Assembly: GCA_964480435.1 (NCBI GenBank)
Contig: CAYZSS010000003.1
Coordinates: 1 to 32,000, forward strand
Reading direction: 5' to 3'
Length of the DNA: 32,000 nt
Origin: an uncultured archaeon
Lineage (GTDB): Archaea > Iainarchaeota > Iainarchaeia > Iainarchaeales > 0-14-0-20-30-16
Under the pieces are notes generated by a model. The model did not search any database and was not told the DNA's origin. It was given only the letters and a program-made list of their open reading frames with translations. The position numbers and the translations under genes are program-made. Positions within the stretch are counted from its first letter, which is position 1, and every line of letters begins with the position of its first letter. Of this stretch, positions 1 to 9,291 are shown one piece after another.

Positions 1-1075
1 AAGCAACTTGCTGCAGATCCTGAGGAATAAAAAATATAATTTTTTTATTCTTTAGGTCTAAACTACTTATATATCCTAAAACAGGATACTTATTTTTTTG
101 TTTTTTTAGTAATTCAATTATTTCTTTTGGGTCTTTGCCTATGCTTAGCCCTTTAACAACAGCCTCCCTTATCTCCTCTAAATCGGAGTAGTTTTCTTCA
201 ATCCATTTGGCGGAGTCATTAGATTCTTGTATTTTGTTATCAAATTCTTTAAGTTTATCATCAACTTTCTTAATAGTAAGACTAAGTTCTAAAGTTTTTT
301 TGTTTGGTTTGATCTCTTTTTTGAAATTATCTGGGTTGTGAAAGTAATTATCTAAGATTTCATTAAATCCGATATCTATTTTTCCTGCCCCTTTTATATC
401 AAAAGGATAATATTCTAGTTTTTTGGTTTTTATTAAACTAACTTTATCAAATAGAACTTCTGAAGAATAAATTGTTTTTATTTCTCTTTCAGTGGTAGCC
501 AAGTTATTATTTAAACTATAAATATGTTCGACTAAAGAAGGAGGAATATTAAGTTTGGTTAATAGCTTCCCAACTGTTTGGTAATTACCAGACAGTGTTT
601 TTGGGTTTTCTTTTGTAGAACTTGGAAACAAATATTTTTTATTTATTTTAATTTCTCTATCGGCCCACTTTTCTTTAACCGTACAACCAATAATATCATA
701 ATCTTTATTTGTTAATATAATATTATTATGTGAAAATAATTCAAATATTAAGTAATTCTCCGCGGTTTCAAATACTATAATTCTTTCAAAATCTTTTTGA
801 GTTATTGATATTATTTTTTCATTTTTTAATAATTCATTTAATTTTTTTACAAAAGGATTTTTTTCTGCTGTAGAATAATTGTATTTTGTAATAAACAAAA
901 AGCCATTAGTAACAATAAGATCTAAATTTTTTTCTTTTGATTTTATTTTCATTTTTAGCCCAAGTTCGTCCGAGCTCAAACTTTGGATTTTTTGTATATA
1001 TGTGTTTTCTAAATTTAGAGACAAAAAAGATTCAAAATATTTAACATCTAAATTGTTTAATAAAATTTTTTCCAT
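1..1075 (-). CDS. NFACT-family (FbpA/RqcH/Rqc2-like) ribosome quality control protein, N-terminal part (NFACT-N, HhH-like segment, first coiled-coil arm). The start is in the window and the ORF runs off the left edge.
   Basis: Hand translation of the minus strand from ATG at 1075 stays open to base 1. It is absent from the supplied track because it has no in-window stop. Sequence: MEKILLNNLDVKYFESFLSLNLENTYIQKIQSLSSDELGLKMKIKSKEKNLDLIVTNGFLFITKYNYSTAEKNPFVKKLNELLKNEKIISITQKDFERIIVFETAENYLIFELFSHNNIILTNKDYDIIGC... This fits the NFACT-N pattern (DRI..f.f....l..ELfg..NiiL). It is followed by LGKLLTKLNIPPSLVEHI (HhH-like) and a K/E-rich coiled coil, and ends at the edge with ...SLDLKNKKIIFFIPQDLQQVA. 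Confidence 0.75.
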   Translation of the reverse strand, partial: MEKILLNNLDVKYFESFLSLNLENTYIQKIQSLSSDELGLKMKIKSKEKNLDLIVTNGFLFITKYNYSTAEKNPFVKKLNELLKNEKIISITQKDFERIIVFETAENYLIFELFSHNNIILTNKDYDIIGCTVKEKWADREIKINKKYLFPSSTKENPKTLSGNYQTVGKLLTKLNIPPSLVEHIYSLNNNLATTEREIKTIYSSEVLFDKVSLIKTKKLEYYPFDIKGAGKIDIGFNEILDNYFHNPDNFKKEIKPNKKTLELSLTIKKVDDKLKEFDNKIQESNDSAKWIEENYSDLEEIREAVVKGLSIGKDPKEIIELLKKQKNKYPVLGYISSLDLKNKKIIFFIPQDLQQVA

Positions 1076-1078
1076 ATA

Positions 1079-1729
1079 TTATATTAACTTGAATAAGTCT
1101 TTAATACTTTTTATTGTCTTATCTGCCCCAGCTCTACTAAGTTCTTTCTCAGAATAAAGATAATCTTCTTTACCAATACTAAAAACATTTGCTTTTTTTG
1201 CGAATTCTATATCTCTTATATTGTCTCCAATATAAACACAGTTTTTATGGTTTGTTTTCATGATTTTTAACAATTTATTTAACGATTCTGGGTTGGGTTT
1301 TCCAGCAAGATAGTCTTCGCTACCCAAGATTAAATCAAACAAATTATAAAAATTTTGAGGCATTAAAATCTTTAATTTTTTCCTTTTGCTGCTAGTAATT
1401 ATTGCTAACTTGTAGCCTTTTGTTTTGAGTTTTTTAATTGCGTTTATTGTAGTCTTTGTAATTATTTTTCTTTTTGAAACATAATCTAAATAATTTTTTG
1501 CCCAATCATTATAAAATTGTTCTTCACTTATTTTTAGATTATAATCTTTTATTAAATTTTTTATCATTACTTTTGTTGGAGGCCCAAAATATTTTTTAAC
1601 ATCCATTTCGTGTTTCATTGTTTTTTCAAAAAATCGTTTTGCATACTTTGTTGTTTTTGCAAGTGTGCCATCAAAATCAAACACAATTAATTTAATATCT
1701 GAGAATTGCACCAATACCACCAAAAGCAT
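1079..1729 (-). CDS. HAD-superfamily hydrolase (phosphatase, subfamily IA-like)
   Basis: HAD motifs I-IV: FDFDGTLA, ITSS, GKPNPE, YIGDNIRDIEFA. Overlaps the 3' end of the aRF1 gene and stops 3 nt before the NFACT-N start. The exact start is uncertain (ATG 1729, or a downstream GTG/TTG). Confidence 0.8.
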   Translation of the reverse strand: MLLVVLVQFSDIKLIVFDFDGTLAKTTKYAKRFFEKTMKHEMDVKKYFGPPTKVMIKNLIKDYNLKISEEQFYNDWAKNYLDYVSKRKIITKTTINAIKKLKTKGYKLAIITSSKRKKLKILMPQNFYNLFDLILGSEDYLAGKPNPESLNKLLKIMKTNHKNCVYIGDNIRDIEFAKKANVFSIGKEDYLYSEKELSRAGADKTIKSIKDLFKLI

Positions 1730-2903
1730 TTAGAAACTGATCCCCTTCATCGGTGTCAGTAGAAATTATTATAACTTCAGTACCATTTTTTTCTGCTAAT
1801 TCTGTAATATATTCTGCTATACTTATTGTTTCAATTTCTTCAAATTCTCCCCCACAATTACAACTTATTTTTTCACTATCTTCAAATAATATCTTCGTTG
1901 TATTGCAAGTAAGGCATTCTGCAACCTTTACTTCTTTTGTTAAGCCTTCTGAGATTAATATTTTTGCAGCTCTATTACTTGTTACTGCCTCTATTACCTC
2001 ATTTAATCCATAAGTTCCTAGACTTGTTTTTATTACTGTTTTAAAAAAATCAGATATTGCTTGTTTTTCTTTCATTATTTCTGTGTCTCTTAGCATATCT
2101 TGTGATGCATCAATTATTTCACGTATTCCAGATTCATCAGTATATGTAACATCTAAAAATCCAATGATTTTTCCTCTTATTCGATAATCTAAATATTCTT
2201 TTTCAAAAAAGTCTTTTTTTGTTGACCCTGGGCCACCTAAAATTAAGCCCTGTATTTTATCAACATATAATAATACATCCTTGTTTATATGTTCAGCAAC
2301 TCTGTGATAGAAATCATTTGCAGCATCTAGTCTAAGCCCCTCATATCTGTGTGCTGACTGTCCCCCAGCCTTAATCTTTCCGGGTACTGTAGAGAAGGCC
2401 CTGTCAATTATTCTGTATTTTTTTCCTTCCAATACGGCGGTAGTTGCTTCTCTGTTATCTATTGCTAAAATTAAATAAGCTCTATCGGGGGCAAGCATTT
2501 CTTTTAAGGGCTCAATTAAAAACTCTGAATCACATCTATAGGTCTTCATATTTAGCTTTTTAAGAGGGCTAACGTGATAAAGTTGTATATCTGTCCTTCC
2601 TTCCCTTTCACTAACATTACCTGCGAAGACAACTACCCCGTTTGGAGGTATGTTAAAATCAATTATTTTCAAATATTCAGCTATTTTTCGTAATGCACCT
2701 TGTACGTTCTTCCTAGTAGATGGGCTTTTTATGTTTGAAGACTGATTTACTTCTTGAGAAAGCTGAGACATTACAGAGCTTCTGTCTGTACCATAAGGAA
2801 CGTATAAAGATATTAATTCGGTGTGTCGTCCCTTTATTTTCTCTAGTTTCTTCAACTTTTGCTTAAAAATCTCTTTTTCAGCCTGCTCATATTTTTTATC
2901 CAT
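1692..2903 (-). CDS. prf1: Peptide chain release factor aRF1
   Basis: NIKS motif (SSNIKSPSTRKN), YxCxxxF (YRCDSEF), GGQ motif (KAGGQSAHRY), C-terminal GGIGAILRY. AGTGAT Shine-Dalgarno (SD) sequence 3 nt upstream of the ATG. Confidence 0.95.
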   Translation of the reverse strand: MDKKYEQAEKEIFKQKLKKLEKIKGRHTELISLYVPYGTDRSSVMSQLSQEVNQSSNIKSPSTRKNVQGALRKIAEYLKIIDFNIPPNGVVVFAGNVSEREGRTDIQLYHVSPLKKLNMKTYRCDSEFLIEPLKEMLAPDRAYLILAIDNREATTAVLEGKKYRIIDRAFSTVPGKIKAGGQSAHRYEGLRLDAANDFYHRVAEHINKDVLLYVDKIQGLILGGPGSTKKDFFEKEYLDYRIRGKIIGFLDVTYTDESGIREIIDASQDMLRDTEIMKEKQAISDFFKTVIKTSLGTYGLNEVIEAVTSNRAAKILISEGLTKEVKVAECLTCNTTKILFEDSEKISCNCGGEFEEIETISIAEYITELAEKNGTEVIIISTDTDEGDQFLNAFGGIGAILRY

Positions 2904-2978
2904 GATATCACTATATAAATATTGTAAGTATATGTTATATGAAGCAGATATATTTTTATACAGATATAAGGTTTTTTT

Positions 2979-3443
2979 ATGAACTACTGGAAACTTTTAG
3001 TTGCAATAGTTATTTGTCAAGTTGCAGGATTAATTGGTGCTTTTTTTAATTCTTTTTCTATAAAATCTTGGTACCCAAATTTGGTAAAACCTGCTTTTTT
3101 GCCACCCAGTTGGCTGTTTCCAGTTGTTTGGTCAATTTTGTTTGTAATTATAGGGGTATCTTTGTATCTTATCCTGGTTTCAAATAACAAAACAAATCTT
3201 AAAAAAAATTTGTGGATTTTTAGTATACAATTATTATTAAACATTTTGTGGAGTTTTTTCTTTTTTACTTTGCAGTCACCTCTGTTAGGTCTAATAGAAA
3301 TCATTATTTTAAATTTTGCAATAGTAATTAATATAATTTATTTTTACAAAACAAGCAAGGCAGCGGCATATTTGTTATTGCCATATTTGTTATGGGTTTT
3401 ATTTGCAACAATTTTAACAATAAGCATTTTTATTTTAAATTAG
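2979..3443 (+). CDS. tspO: TspO/MBR family tryptophan-rich sensory membrane protein
   Basis: About five predicted TM helices, 154 aa. Signature WYPNLVKPAFLPPSWLFPVVWSILF typical of TspO. Confidence 0.85.
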   Translation: MNYWKLLVAIVICQVAGLIGAFFNSFSIKSWYPNLVKPAFLPPSWLFPVVWSILFVIIGVSLYLILVSNNKTNLKKNLWIFSIQLLLNILWSFFFFTLQSPLLGLIEIIILNFAIVINIIYFYKTSKAAAYLLLPYLLWVLFATILTISIFILN

Positions 3444-3452
3444 GTGATGAAA

Positions 3453-4106
3453 ATGGTAAATGTTTTTTCTCTTGGTGGATCAGTTTTATTTGATGAATTA
3501 GGAAATTATAATAATGAATATATAATGAGTTTTAGACATTTTTTGAAAGATTTAGAAGGCAGAAAAATTATTGTTATTGGTGGTGGAATCAAAGCAAGAA
3601 AAAGAATAAATGAATCAAAATCTGAAAACAACTTTGAAAAAGATGTAATAGGTATTAATGCCACATATGAAAATGCACAATATTTTGCAAACCTTGTTGG
3701 GCTACCTTTTATTAAATTAAATATAGATTGTTTAGATGATTTGCCAGAGTCTTTTGTTACAGGTGGTATATTTCCTGGATTAACTACTGATTCAGTAGCT
3801 GTATTGTTAGCAGAAAAGTTTGATGCTCCTTTTTTTAATATTACAAATGTTGATGGCATTTTTACAAAAGATCCAAACAAGCACAAGGATGCGCAGTTTT
3901 TGAAGAGGGTAGAGATAGATCATGCAATAGAGATAGCTGCTTTAGCTGACAAAAGAAAAGCAGGCACACATGTTTTTTTAGATTTATTTTCATTGTTGAT
4001 GGTGAAAAGAGGAAAAATAAAAACAATTATTTGTTCAAATAATCTAGAAAATCTGACTTCAATTATACATAACAAGCAAGGAAAATATACAGAAATAATA
4101 GTTTAA
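3453..4106 (+). CDS. pyrH: Amino-acid-kinase fold protein, archaeal-type uridylate (UMP) kinase
   Basis: VFSLGGSV, VIGGGIKAR, VTGGIFPGLTTDSVAVLLAE and TNVDGIFTKDP match archaeal PyrH architecture (about 220 aa). The track starts at GTG 3444. I prefer ATG 3453 because AGGTGAT (3442-3448) sits 4 nt upstream of it. Confidence 0.65.
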   Translation: MVNVFSLGGSVLFDELGNYNNEYIMSFRHFLKDLEGRKIIVIGGGIKARKRINESKSENNFEKDVIGINATYENAQYFANLVGLPFIKLNIDCLDDLPESFVTGGIFPGLTTDSVAVLLAEKFDAPFFNITNVDGIFTKDPNKHKDAQFLKRVEIDHAIEIAALADKRKAGTHVFLDLFSLLMVKRGKIKTIICSNNLENLTSIIHNKQGKYTEIIV

Positions 4107-4111
4107 TTAAT

Positions 4112-5035
4112 TTATTTTAAAATGTCCTTATAATTTATTATTGGGATTTTATAATTCTCTTTATCATCAATAATTCTTGGACAGGCTGTATTTATTAAAC
4201 AGTCTAACTCTAAACCAAGTATTTTGTCATATGATATAAAATCAGCAATTAGTAGGTAAGGGTTTTTGCCTTCCTTTTTTATCTTTTCATAAAGTTTTTC
4301 AGCAACCAAATAATTATTTTGTCCTGTTTTTGAAGTAACTAATATTCCAATGTTTTTTGCGGTCTTAAAAACATAATCAGACATAATTTGTTTTCGCATA
4401 TTATTTTTTGGGATATATTTTTCTAATTTAAAATTTGTTAAATTATATATTTCTATATTTTGATTTAATGCATCAAGATGAAAATTTCCATCTCCAAAAT
4501 ATATTATGCAATCAATTTTATTTATGACTGAATTTAAAATAGATGTGTCGCAACCAAGAATCTGATTTGTTAATAATAAGCCAGTGTTTTTTGTTTTTAT
4601 AATGTGTGCTTTTTTTACAGCAATTTCTATCTTTTCAATTATTTTTTTGTATTGTATTGGTCCAACAATACAAATATTTTTATTATCTAAATTTTTATCA
4701 ATTTCAGAAACAAGTTTTTTAATTTCTGCGTCATTTGCCTCGTAAAAAGTAGGCCAATAAATAATATTTTTGTTTGATTTTTTAAATTCTGTGTGTCCAA
4801 AATGTACAATAAGCTCAGCATCAACTGCGTTTAGAAAATTAGTTGCTAAATCGCAAGCCCCATAAACTGGTTCAATTGACAAATAAATTATTTTTTTTGT
4901 ATTTTTTTCTAAATAAGAAATTATTTCCTGTGATTTTGTTTTTAGACCATCTGGAACTTGTAAGATTATTTTCCGTACTTTTTTTTGTTTTTTTATTTCT
5001 TTTTCAAGTCCAGTAAGATCTAAATTTAATTCCAT
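4112..5035 (-). CDS. dph2: Diphthamide biosynthesis radical-SAM enzyme Dph2 (2-(3-amino-3-carboxypropyl)histidine synthase)
   Basis: ILQVPDGLK, and three conserved Cys contexts (VYGACD, ILGCDTS, NTACPRI) as in archaeal Dph2. HFGHTEF. AGTGAT SD 5 nt upstream. Lies 9 nt downstream of ppsA on the same strand. Confidence 0.85.
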   Translation of the reverse strand: MELNLDLTGLEKEIKKQKKVRKIILQVPDGLKTKSQEIISYLEKNTKKIIYLSIEPVYGACDLATNFLNAVDAELIVHFGHTEFKKSNKNIIYWPTFYEANDAEIKKLVSEIDKNLDNKNICIVGPIQYKKIIEKIEIAVKKAHIIKTKNTGLLLTNQILGCDTSILNSVINKIDCIIYFGDGNFHLDALNQNIEIYNLTNFKLEKYIPKNNMRKQIMSDYVFKTAKNIGILVTSKTGQNNYLVAEKLYEKIKKEGKNPYLLIADFISYDKILGLELDCLINTACPRIIDDKENYKIPIINYKDILK

Positions 5036-5044
5036 ATTTTATCA

Positions 5045-7336
5045 CTAATCTATTTCATATTTTTTGTCAGTATTTCTGGATCTTATTGCATCTAAAATTA
5101 ATTTCTTTTCTTCCATTTCAACAGTTTCTTTTATTTTATCAATAGCATCTATATTTACTGATAAACTATCAATACCAAATCTTACTAAATATTTAACCAT
5201 CTCAGGGTCACTTGCGGATTGCCCACATACAGAAGTTCTTACTCCTCTTGCTTTACATTTTTTTATTACATACGCAATTAATTTTAAGATAGCAAGATGT
5301 TTTTCTGAAAACTGACCTTGGATTTTTTCATTGTTTCTGTCAATTCCTAAAACAAGTTGAGTTAAATCATTTGTCCCAAAACTAATAAAATCTAATTTTT
5401 CATTAATATATTCATCAATGATTAATGCAGCAGCAGGAGTTTCTACCATTATCCCAAAAAAACAATGTTTATGCGGTATTAGCCCAACCTCTTTTGCTAG
5501 TTCTTTTGCTTTTCTGTATTCTTCAACATTTATTGTAAACGGGATCATAACTCCTAGATTTTGGTAACCCTCATCATAAAGTTCTTTTACTGCTTTAAAC
5601 TGGGCTTTCAAAAGTTCACTTTGTTCTAGGTCCCTTCTTATGCCATGCCAACCAAGCATTGGGTTATCCTCTTTAGGCTCTCTGTCCCCTCCTTTTAAAT
5701 TAACAAATTCATCAGTTCTTGCATCAAATGTTCTATAATAAACAGGCTTATTTTTGAAATTAGATGCTACTTTTTTTATTCCATCTTTAATAATATCTTT
5801 TAATTTTTCTGTTTGTCCCTGTCTTACTAAATATGCTGGGTGTATGCCTGTAGAAGTTATCATGTGCTCAGCTCTTAATAGTCCAACACCATCTAGTTCA
5901 TACTTTGCTGCTCTTTCTGCACTTTCAGGGAAAGCAACATTTACTTTAATTTTTGTGACAGTCATAAAATTATCTGATTTAACATGTTTTTCTGTAATTT
6001 CTTTATTTTCTTTATGCATTACTAGCCCAGAGTATACATAACCGTGGTTAGCGTCCACAGTAATAACTTGCCCATCTTTAAGTGTTTTTGTTGCCTCTTC
6101 TGTCCCTACTACCGCAGGAATGCCTAACTCTCTTGAAACAATTGCAGCGTGGCATGTTATTCCTCCTTCATCAGTTACAATCCCTGCTGCTCTTCTCATT
6201 GCTGGAACCATGTCGGGGGTCGTCATCTTTGTAACCATTATATCTCCTGGTTGTATTTTTTGTAATTCTGATAGCCCTTTAATTATTTTTACCTTTCCTG
6301 ATGAAAAGCCCGGAGATGCTCCTAGCCCCTTTAGCAGCATTTTTTTGTTTCCTTCTATTTCTCTGTCATCATTTTTTTCTGTTTTTAAAGTAGTTATTGG
6401 TCGTGCCTGTACAATATATAATTCTCCTTTTTCTAAAGCCCACTCTATATCCATAGGCATTTTATAATGGTTCTCAATATTAACACAAATCTCTGATAAT
6501 TTTAAAATATCTTTATCAGCCAATTTTTGTACTTTTTGTAGGTTTGATTTTATATTTTCTTTTTTGTTTCCCAAGCTGTCTTTAACATATTTCCATGTTT
6601 GAAGCGCAATAGTTTTTTCCGCAATTTTTTTAGACTTTTTATCATAAATATATGTGTCTGGTGTAACTGAACCAGAAACAATTGCTTCTCCTAGACCGTA
6701 TCCTGCTTCCGCAACAAGTTCAGTTAAATTATTAGTTATGGGGTTAGCGGTAAATACAATCCCTGAAATCTCAGAGTTAACCATTTTTTGTATTACTACC
6801 GCAATTGATACTTTTTCTATAGCAAATCCTTGTTTTTTTCTGTAATATATTGCTCTTGAAGTAAAAAGAGAAGCCCAACATTTTCTTACATGTTCTATTA
6901 AATTGTTAGTTTCAAAAATATTTAAAAAAGATTCTTGTTGTCCTGCAAAACTTGCTCCTGGCAAATCTTCAGCAGTTGCGCTGGAACGAACTGCGACATA
7001 GGTCTTATTTCCTAATTTATTATAAGCTGTGGTAATTTCCTTTTTTATATTTGGTAGAATATCTGTTTTTAATATTAAATCTCTAATTTCCTTAGATTTT
7101 TTATTTAGTTCTTGGCTGTTATCAACATTAATGCTTGATTCCATTTGTTCTATTTTTGTAAGAATTCCTTGATTTTTAAAATTTTCAACATAAGATAAGG
7201 AAGTTATTACAAACCCACCGGGTATTGGAAAGTTAGAATTTGCCATTTCACCAAGGTTGGCTCCTTTCCCTCCGACATAAGGTATATCTCCTTTATTAAT
7301 TTCTTTAAACCATAAAACAAATTTAGTATCTTTCAT
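5045..7336 (-). CDS. ppsA: Phosphoenolpyruvate synthase (pyruvate, water dikinase)
   Basis: 763 aa. N-terminal ATP-grasp GGKGANLGEM, phosphohistidine swivel TDEGGITCHAAIVSRELGIPAVVG, C-terminal PEP-utilising domain (GTNDLTQ, SVCGQ). Confidence 0.95.
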   Translation of the reverse strand: MKDTKFVLWFKEINKGDIPYVGGKGANLGEMANSNFPIPGGFVITSLSYVENFKNQGILTKIEQMESSINVDNSQELNKKSKEIRDLILKTDILPNIKKEITTAYNKLGNKTYVAVRSSATAEDLPGASFAGQQESFLNIFETNNLIEHVRKCWASLFTSRAIYYRKKQGFAIEKVSIAVVIQKMVNSEISGIVFTANPITNNLTELVAEAGYGLGEAIVSGSVTPDTYIYDKKSKKIAEKTIALQTWKYVKDSLGNKKENIKSNLQKVQKLADKDILKLSEICVNIENHYKMPMDIEWALEKGELYIVQARPITTLKTEKNDDREIEGNKKMLLKGLGASPGFSSGKVKIIKGLSELQKIQPGDIMVTKMTTPDMVPAMRRAAGIVTDEGGITCHAAIVSRELGIPAVVGTEEATKTLKDGQVITVDANHGYVYSGLVMHKENKEITEKHVKSDNFMTVTKIKVNVAFPESAERAAKYELDGVGLLRAEHMITSTGIHPAYLVRQGQTEKLKDIIKDGIKKVASNFKNKPVYYRTFDARTDEFVNLKGGDREPKEDNPMLGWHGIRRDLEQSELLKAQFKAVKELYDEGYQNLGVMIPFTINVEEYRKAKELAKEVGLIPHKHCFFGIMVETPAAALIIDEYINEKLDFISFGTNDLTQLVLGIDRNNEKIQGQFSEKHLAILKLIAYVIKKCKARGVRTSVCGQSASDPEMVKYLVRFGIDSLSVNIDAIDKIKETVEMEEKKLILDAIRSRNTDKKYEID

Positions 7337-7478
7337 TAATATCCCCCAACAACAAGAACGTATATATAAAAAGAGGGAATTATATTAAGGTTTTGTTTTG
7401 ATTGGCATAATTTAAAAAAAGAGAAGAAAAAGGGTTTATTACTTCTTACCAAGAATATAACTTTTGTTTTTTTCAAAA

Positions 7479-7499
7479 GTTTCTTCAGGGTCTGAAGAA
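7479..7499 (-). terminator. Hairpin immediately downstream of the rpl10e stop (candidate terminator)
   Basis: Perfect 9-bp inverted repeat TTTCTTCAG ggt CTGAAGAAA, extendable with one G-U and two A-T pairs. It starts 20 nt after the L10e stop at 7520. The minus-strand transcript then reads CUUUUG. Confidence 0.4.
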
Positions 7500-7519
7500 A
7501 TTTCTGTTTGCACAGAAAA

Positions 7520-8239
7520 TTACTTCTTACCCTTCTTTTTGTCGTCTTTTGCTGGCTCTGCTTTCTTTGCATCCTTTCCGGCAACTGCAGGCTTACCCTT
7601 AACTGCTTTTCCCTTTGCGTCCTTAGTGGCTTTTTCATCTTCTTTTGGCGCTTCAACATCTAAAGCAGCCTTCTTCATTTCTCTAGTCCACTTCTTTCTT
7701 CCAGTTAATTTTTTATCCTTGTGATCTTCTACAACTGTATGGTATTTTACATTTATTTTGTTTATTATTACTTTTAAAATACTCAACATCTTATCTACAA
7801 ATTCTTTATTTACAACAATTGAAATAATAATTTGCCCTTTTTTTATTTGTGCTGCTCTGCCAATTGGTTTACCAAAGGGATGTTTCATTCCACTAGATAA
7901 ACGGTCCGCTCCAGCACCACTAGCAAGTTTGTTTTGTCTTAAAATGTGATGAGGGTATATTCTTATCTTTACGAAAAAATTGTCTTTTCCACAAACATCA
8001 GTTAATTTTTTTGCCAATTTTTGCCTAAATGACTCTAATCCGTTGTCTCTAATTTGTACGTTTTCGTCACTAATTATGTGTATGGTCTTTTCAAAATTCT
8101 TTGTTTGGTCACCTAGTACAAACTGTCTTACTTTTGTTTTAGGTACTCCACCTATGAAGTCTTTTGCTTGCACTCTAGTTGCAACTCTTGTATATGATCT
8201 TTCAATCTCTCTATAACATCTTGCAGGTCGTAAACCCAT
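7520..8239 (-). CDS. rpl10e: 50S ribosomal protein L10e (uL16) with a lysine/alanine-rich C-terminal extension
   Basis: MGLRPARCYREIERSYTRV..., GAGADRLSSGMKHPFGKPIGRAAQ. AGGTGAT SD (8246-8252) 6 nt upstream. The core is about 175 aa and is followed by a 64-aa tail. Confidence 0.95.
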   Translation of the reverse strand: MGLRPARCYREIERSYTRVATRVQAKDFIGGVPKTKVRQFVLGDQTKNFEKTIHIISDENVQIRDNGLESFRQKLAKKLTDVCGKDNFFVKIRIYPHHILRQNKLASGAGADRLSSGMKHPFGKPIGRAAQIKKGQIIISIVVNKEFVDKMLSILKVIINKINVKYHTVVEDHKDKKLTGRKKWTREMKKAALDVEAPKEDEKATKDAKGKAVKGKPAVAGKDAKKAEPAKDDKKKGKK

Positions 8240-8427
8240 AATAAAATCACCTTTTTCATATTGTTTTTTTTAAATCTTTTAAATACAATTAGCAATAATA
8301 GCTAGATTTAATATCCATGGTGGGCAAATAAATATAAAGATATATATTGTTTTTTGTCTTAATTAGTATGTTGTTTTATCTATATTATCCTGATTACTGG
8401 GTAATAAAATATTTTTAAGGTGCTATT

Positions 8428-9291
8428 ATGAAATTAAACTCTATTTGGGTAATTGGTGTTTTGTGCTTGTTTCTTCTGGCCATTTTTTCAAGCTTTTCTT
8501 TTGGGGGAATTAACGAAGTCATCTTCAAAGTAACTCCTGCCTCAATAAGTTACCCTTCTAGCTCTTTTGGGGGTTGTTTTTCTGGTGCAGGCTGCGATCC
8601 AGCAACAAAAATTAACTTTTTTGTACAACATGACGGGATAGATTATCAATTGCAGCATCTGTTTTTTAATGTTCCTTTAGCACCTCTTATTTTAAGTAAA
8701 AATTATTATGGCAGTCTAAAAATAGGTGAGGCTTATTCTGATGATAATATTTATATGTCTATATTGTATGGCACGTCTACTTCTGTTGATAATAATTTAT
8801 TTTTTGGTAATGAATCAGTATACAGTTTTAAAAGTCCTTGTTATAAAGTAACACTCCCAGGTGCAGGTGCTTGTCAGATGTTCCTGTTTGTAAACAAAGA
8901 CGATTATTTAAATGTGCTTTGTGGAAACAAAGCAAGTAGTTCTTATTTGTCTGATTATAATGTGTTGACTGCCATTGGTTATGTATTTGATGCATTAACT
9001 TTTGATTGTGTTAATATAAGTGGAAAAATTAGAATTTATTTCTTTTCTTCAAGTTCAGCAGTGAGTGAAACATACTTTATAAATAGAAACACCTTCGATA
9101 CTAACGCAGCGCTGAGGGAAGAAATTTATACGAAATATAGTAATTATGTGCCCGAGTATGGGGTTACCTGTGATCAGGGGTCAGATATTCAGTATTCGGA
9201 TTTTTTTATAAATTATAGTTCTCCAAAGATCACCTGTACTACTTCTGCATCTGTAACTGTATTCCCTTTTTGGAACCAGGGTGGTAATTAA
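8428..9291 (+). CDS. Secreted Cys-rich hypothetical protein (signal peptide, no membrane anchor)
   Basis: N-terminal hydrophobic signal (IWVIGVLCLFLLAIFSSFSFG), 10 Cys, N-x-S/T sequons. AAGGTG SD 5 nt upstream. Its stop overlaps the next start (TAATG). Confidence 0.6.
   Translation: MKLNSIWVIGVLCLFLLAIFSSFSFGGINEVIFKVTPASISYPSSSFGGCFSGAGCDPATKINFFVQHDGIDYQLQHLFFNVPLAPLILSKNYYGSLKIGEAYSDDNIYMSILYGTSTSVDNNLFFGNESVYSFKSPCYKVTLPGAGACQMFLFVNKDDYLNVLCGNKASSSYLSDYNVLTAIGYVFDALTFDCVNISGKIRIYFFSSSSAVSETYFINRNTFDTNAALREEIYTKYSNYVPEYGVTCDQGSDIQYSDFFINYSSPKITCTTSASVTVFPFWNQGGN

Noticed and set aside
879-1157. 92-aa plus-strand ORF in the track
   Set aside because: It lies antisense to the well-supported NFACT-N and HAD genes. 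It has low-complexity F/I/S-rich sequence typical of an AT-rich antisense frame.
1755-1875. CxxC...CxC insertion in the aRF1 C-terminal domain (ECLTCNTTKILFEDSEKISCNCGGEF)
   Set aside because: I believe a comparable small Cys-containing insert occurs in the C domain of other archaeal aRF1 proteins. Without an alignment I cannot call it unusual.
5064-6845. Four plus-strand ORFs (5064-5315, 5754-6041, 6120-6467, 6654-6845)
   Set aside because: All are antisense within ppsA, whose 763-aa product has every expected domain. No motifs and no SD.
7336-7724. ORFs 7336-7659(-) and 7464-7724(+)
   Set aside because: They overlap the rpl10e tail and its 3' region in other frames. Their composition (K/Q/R-rich or F/S/A-rich) mirrors the lysine-rich tail codons read out of frame.
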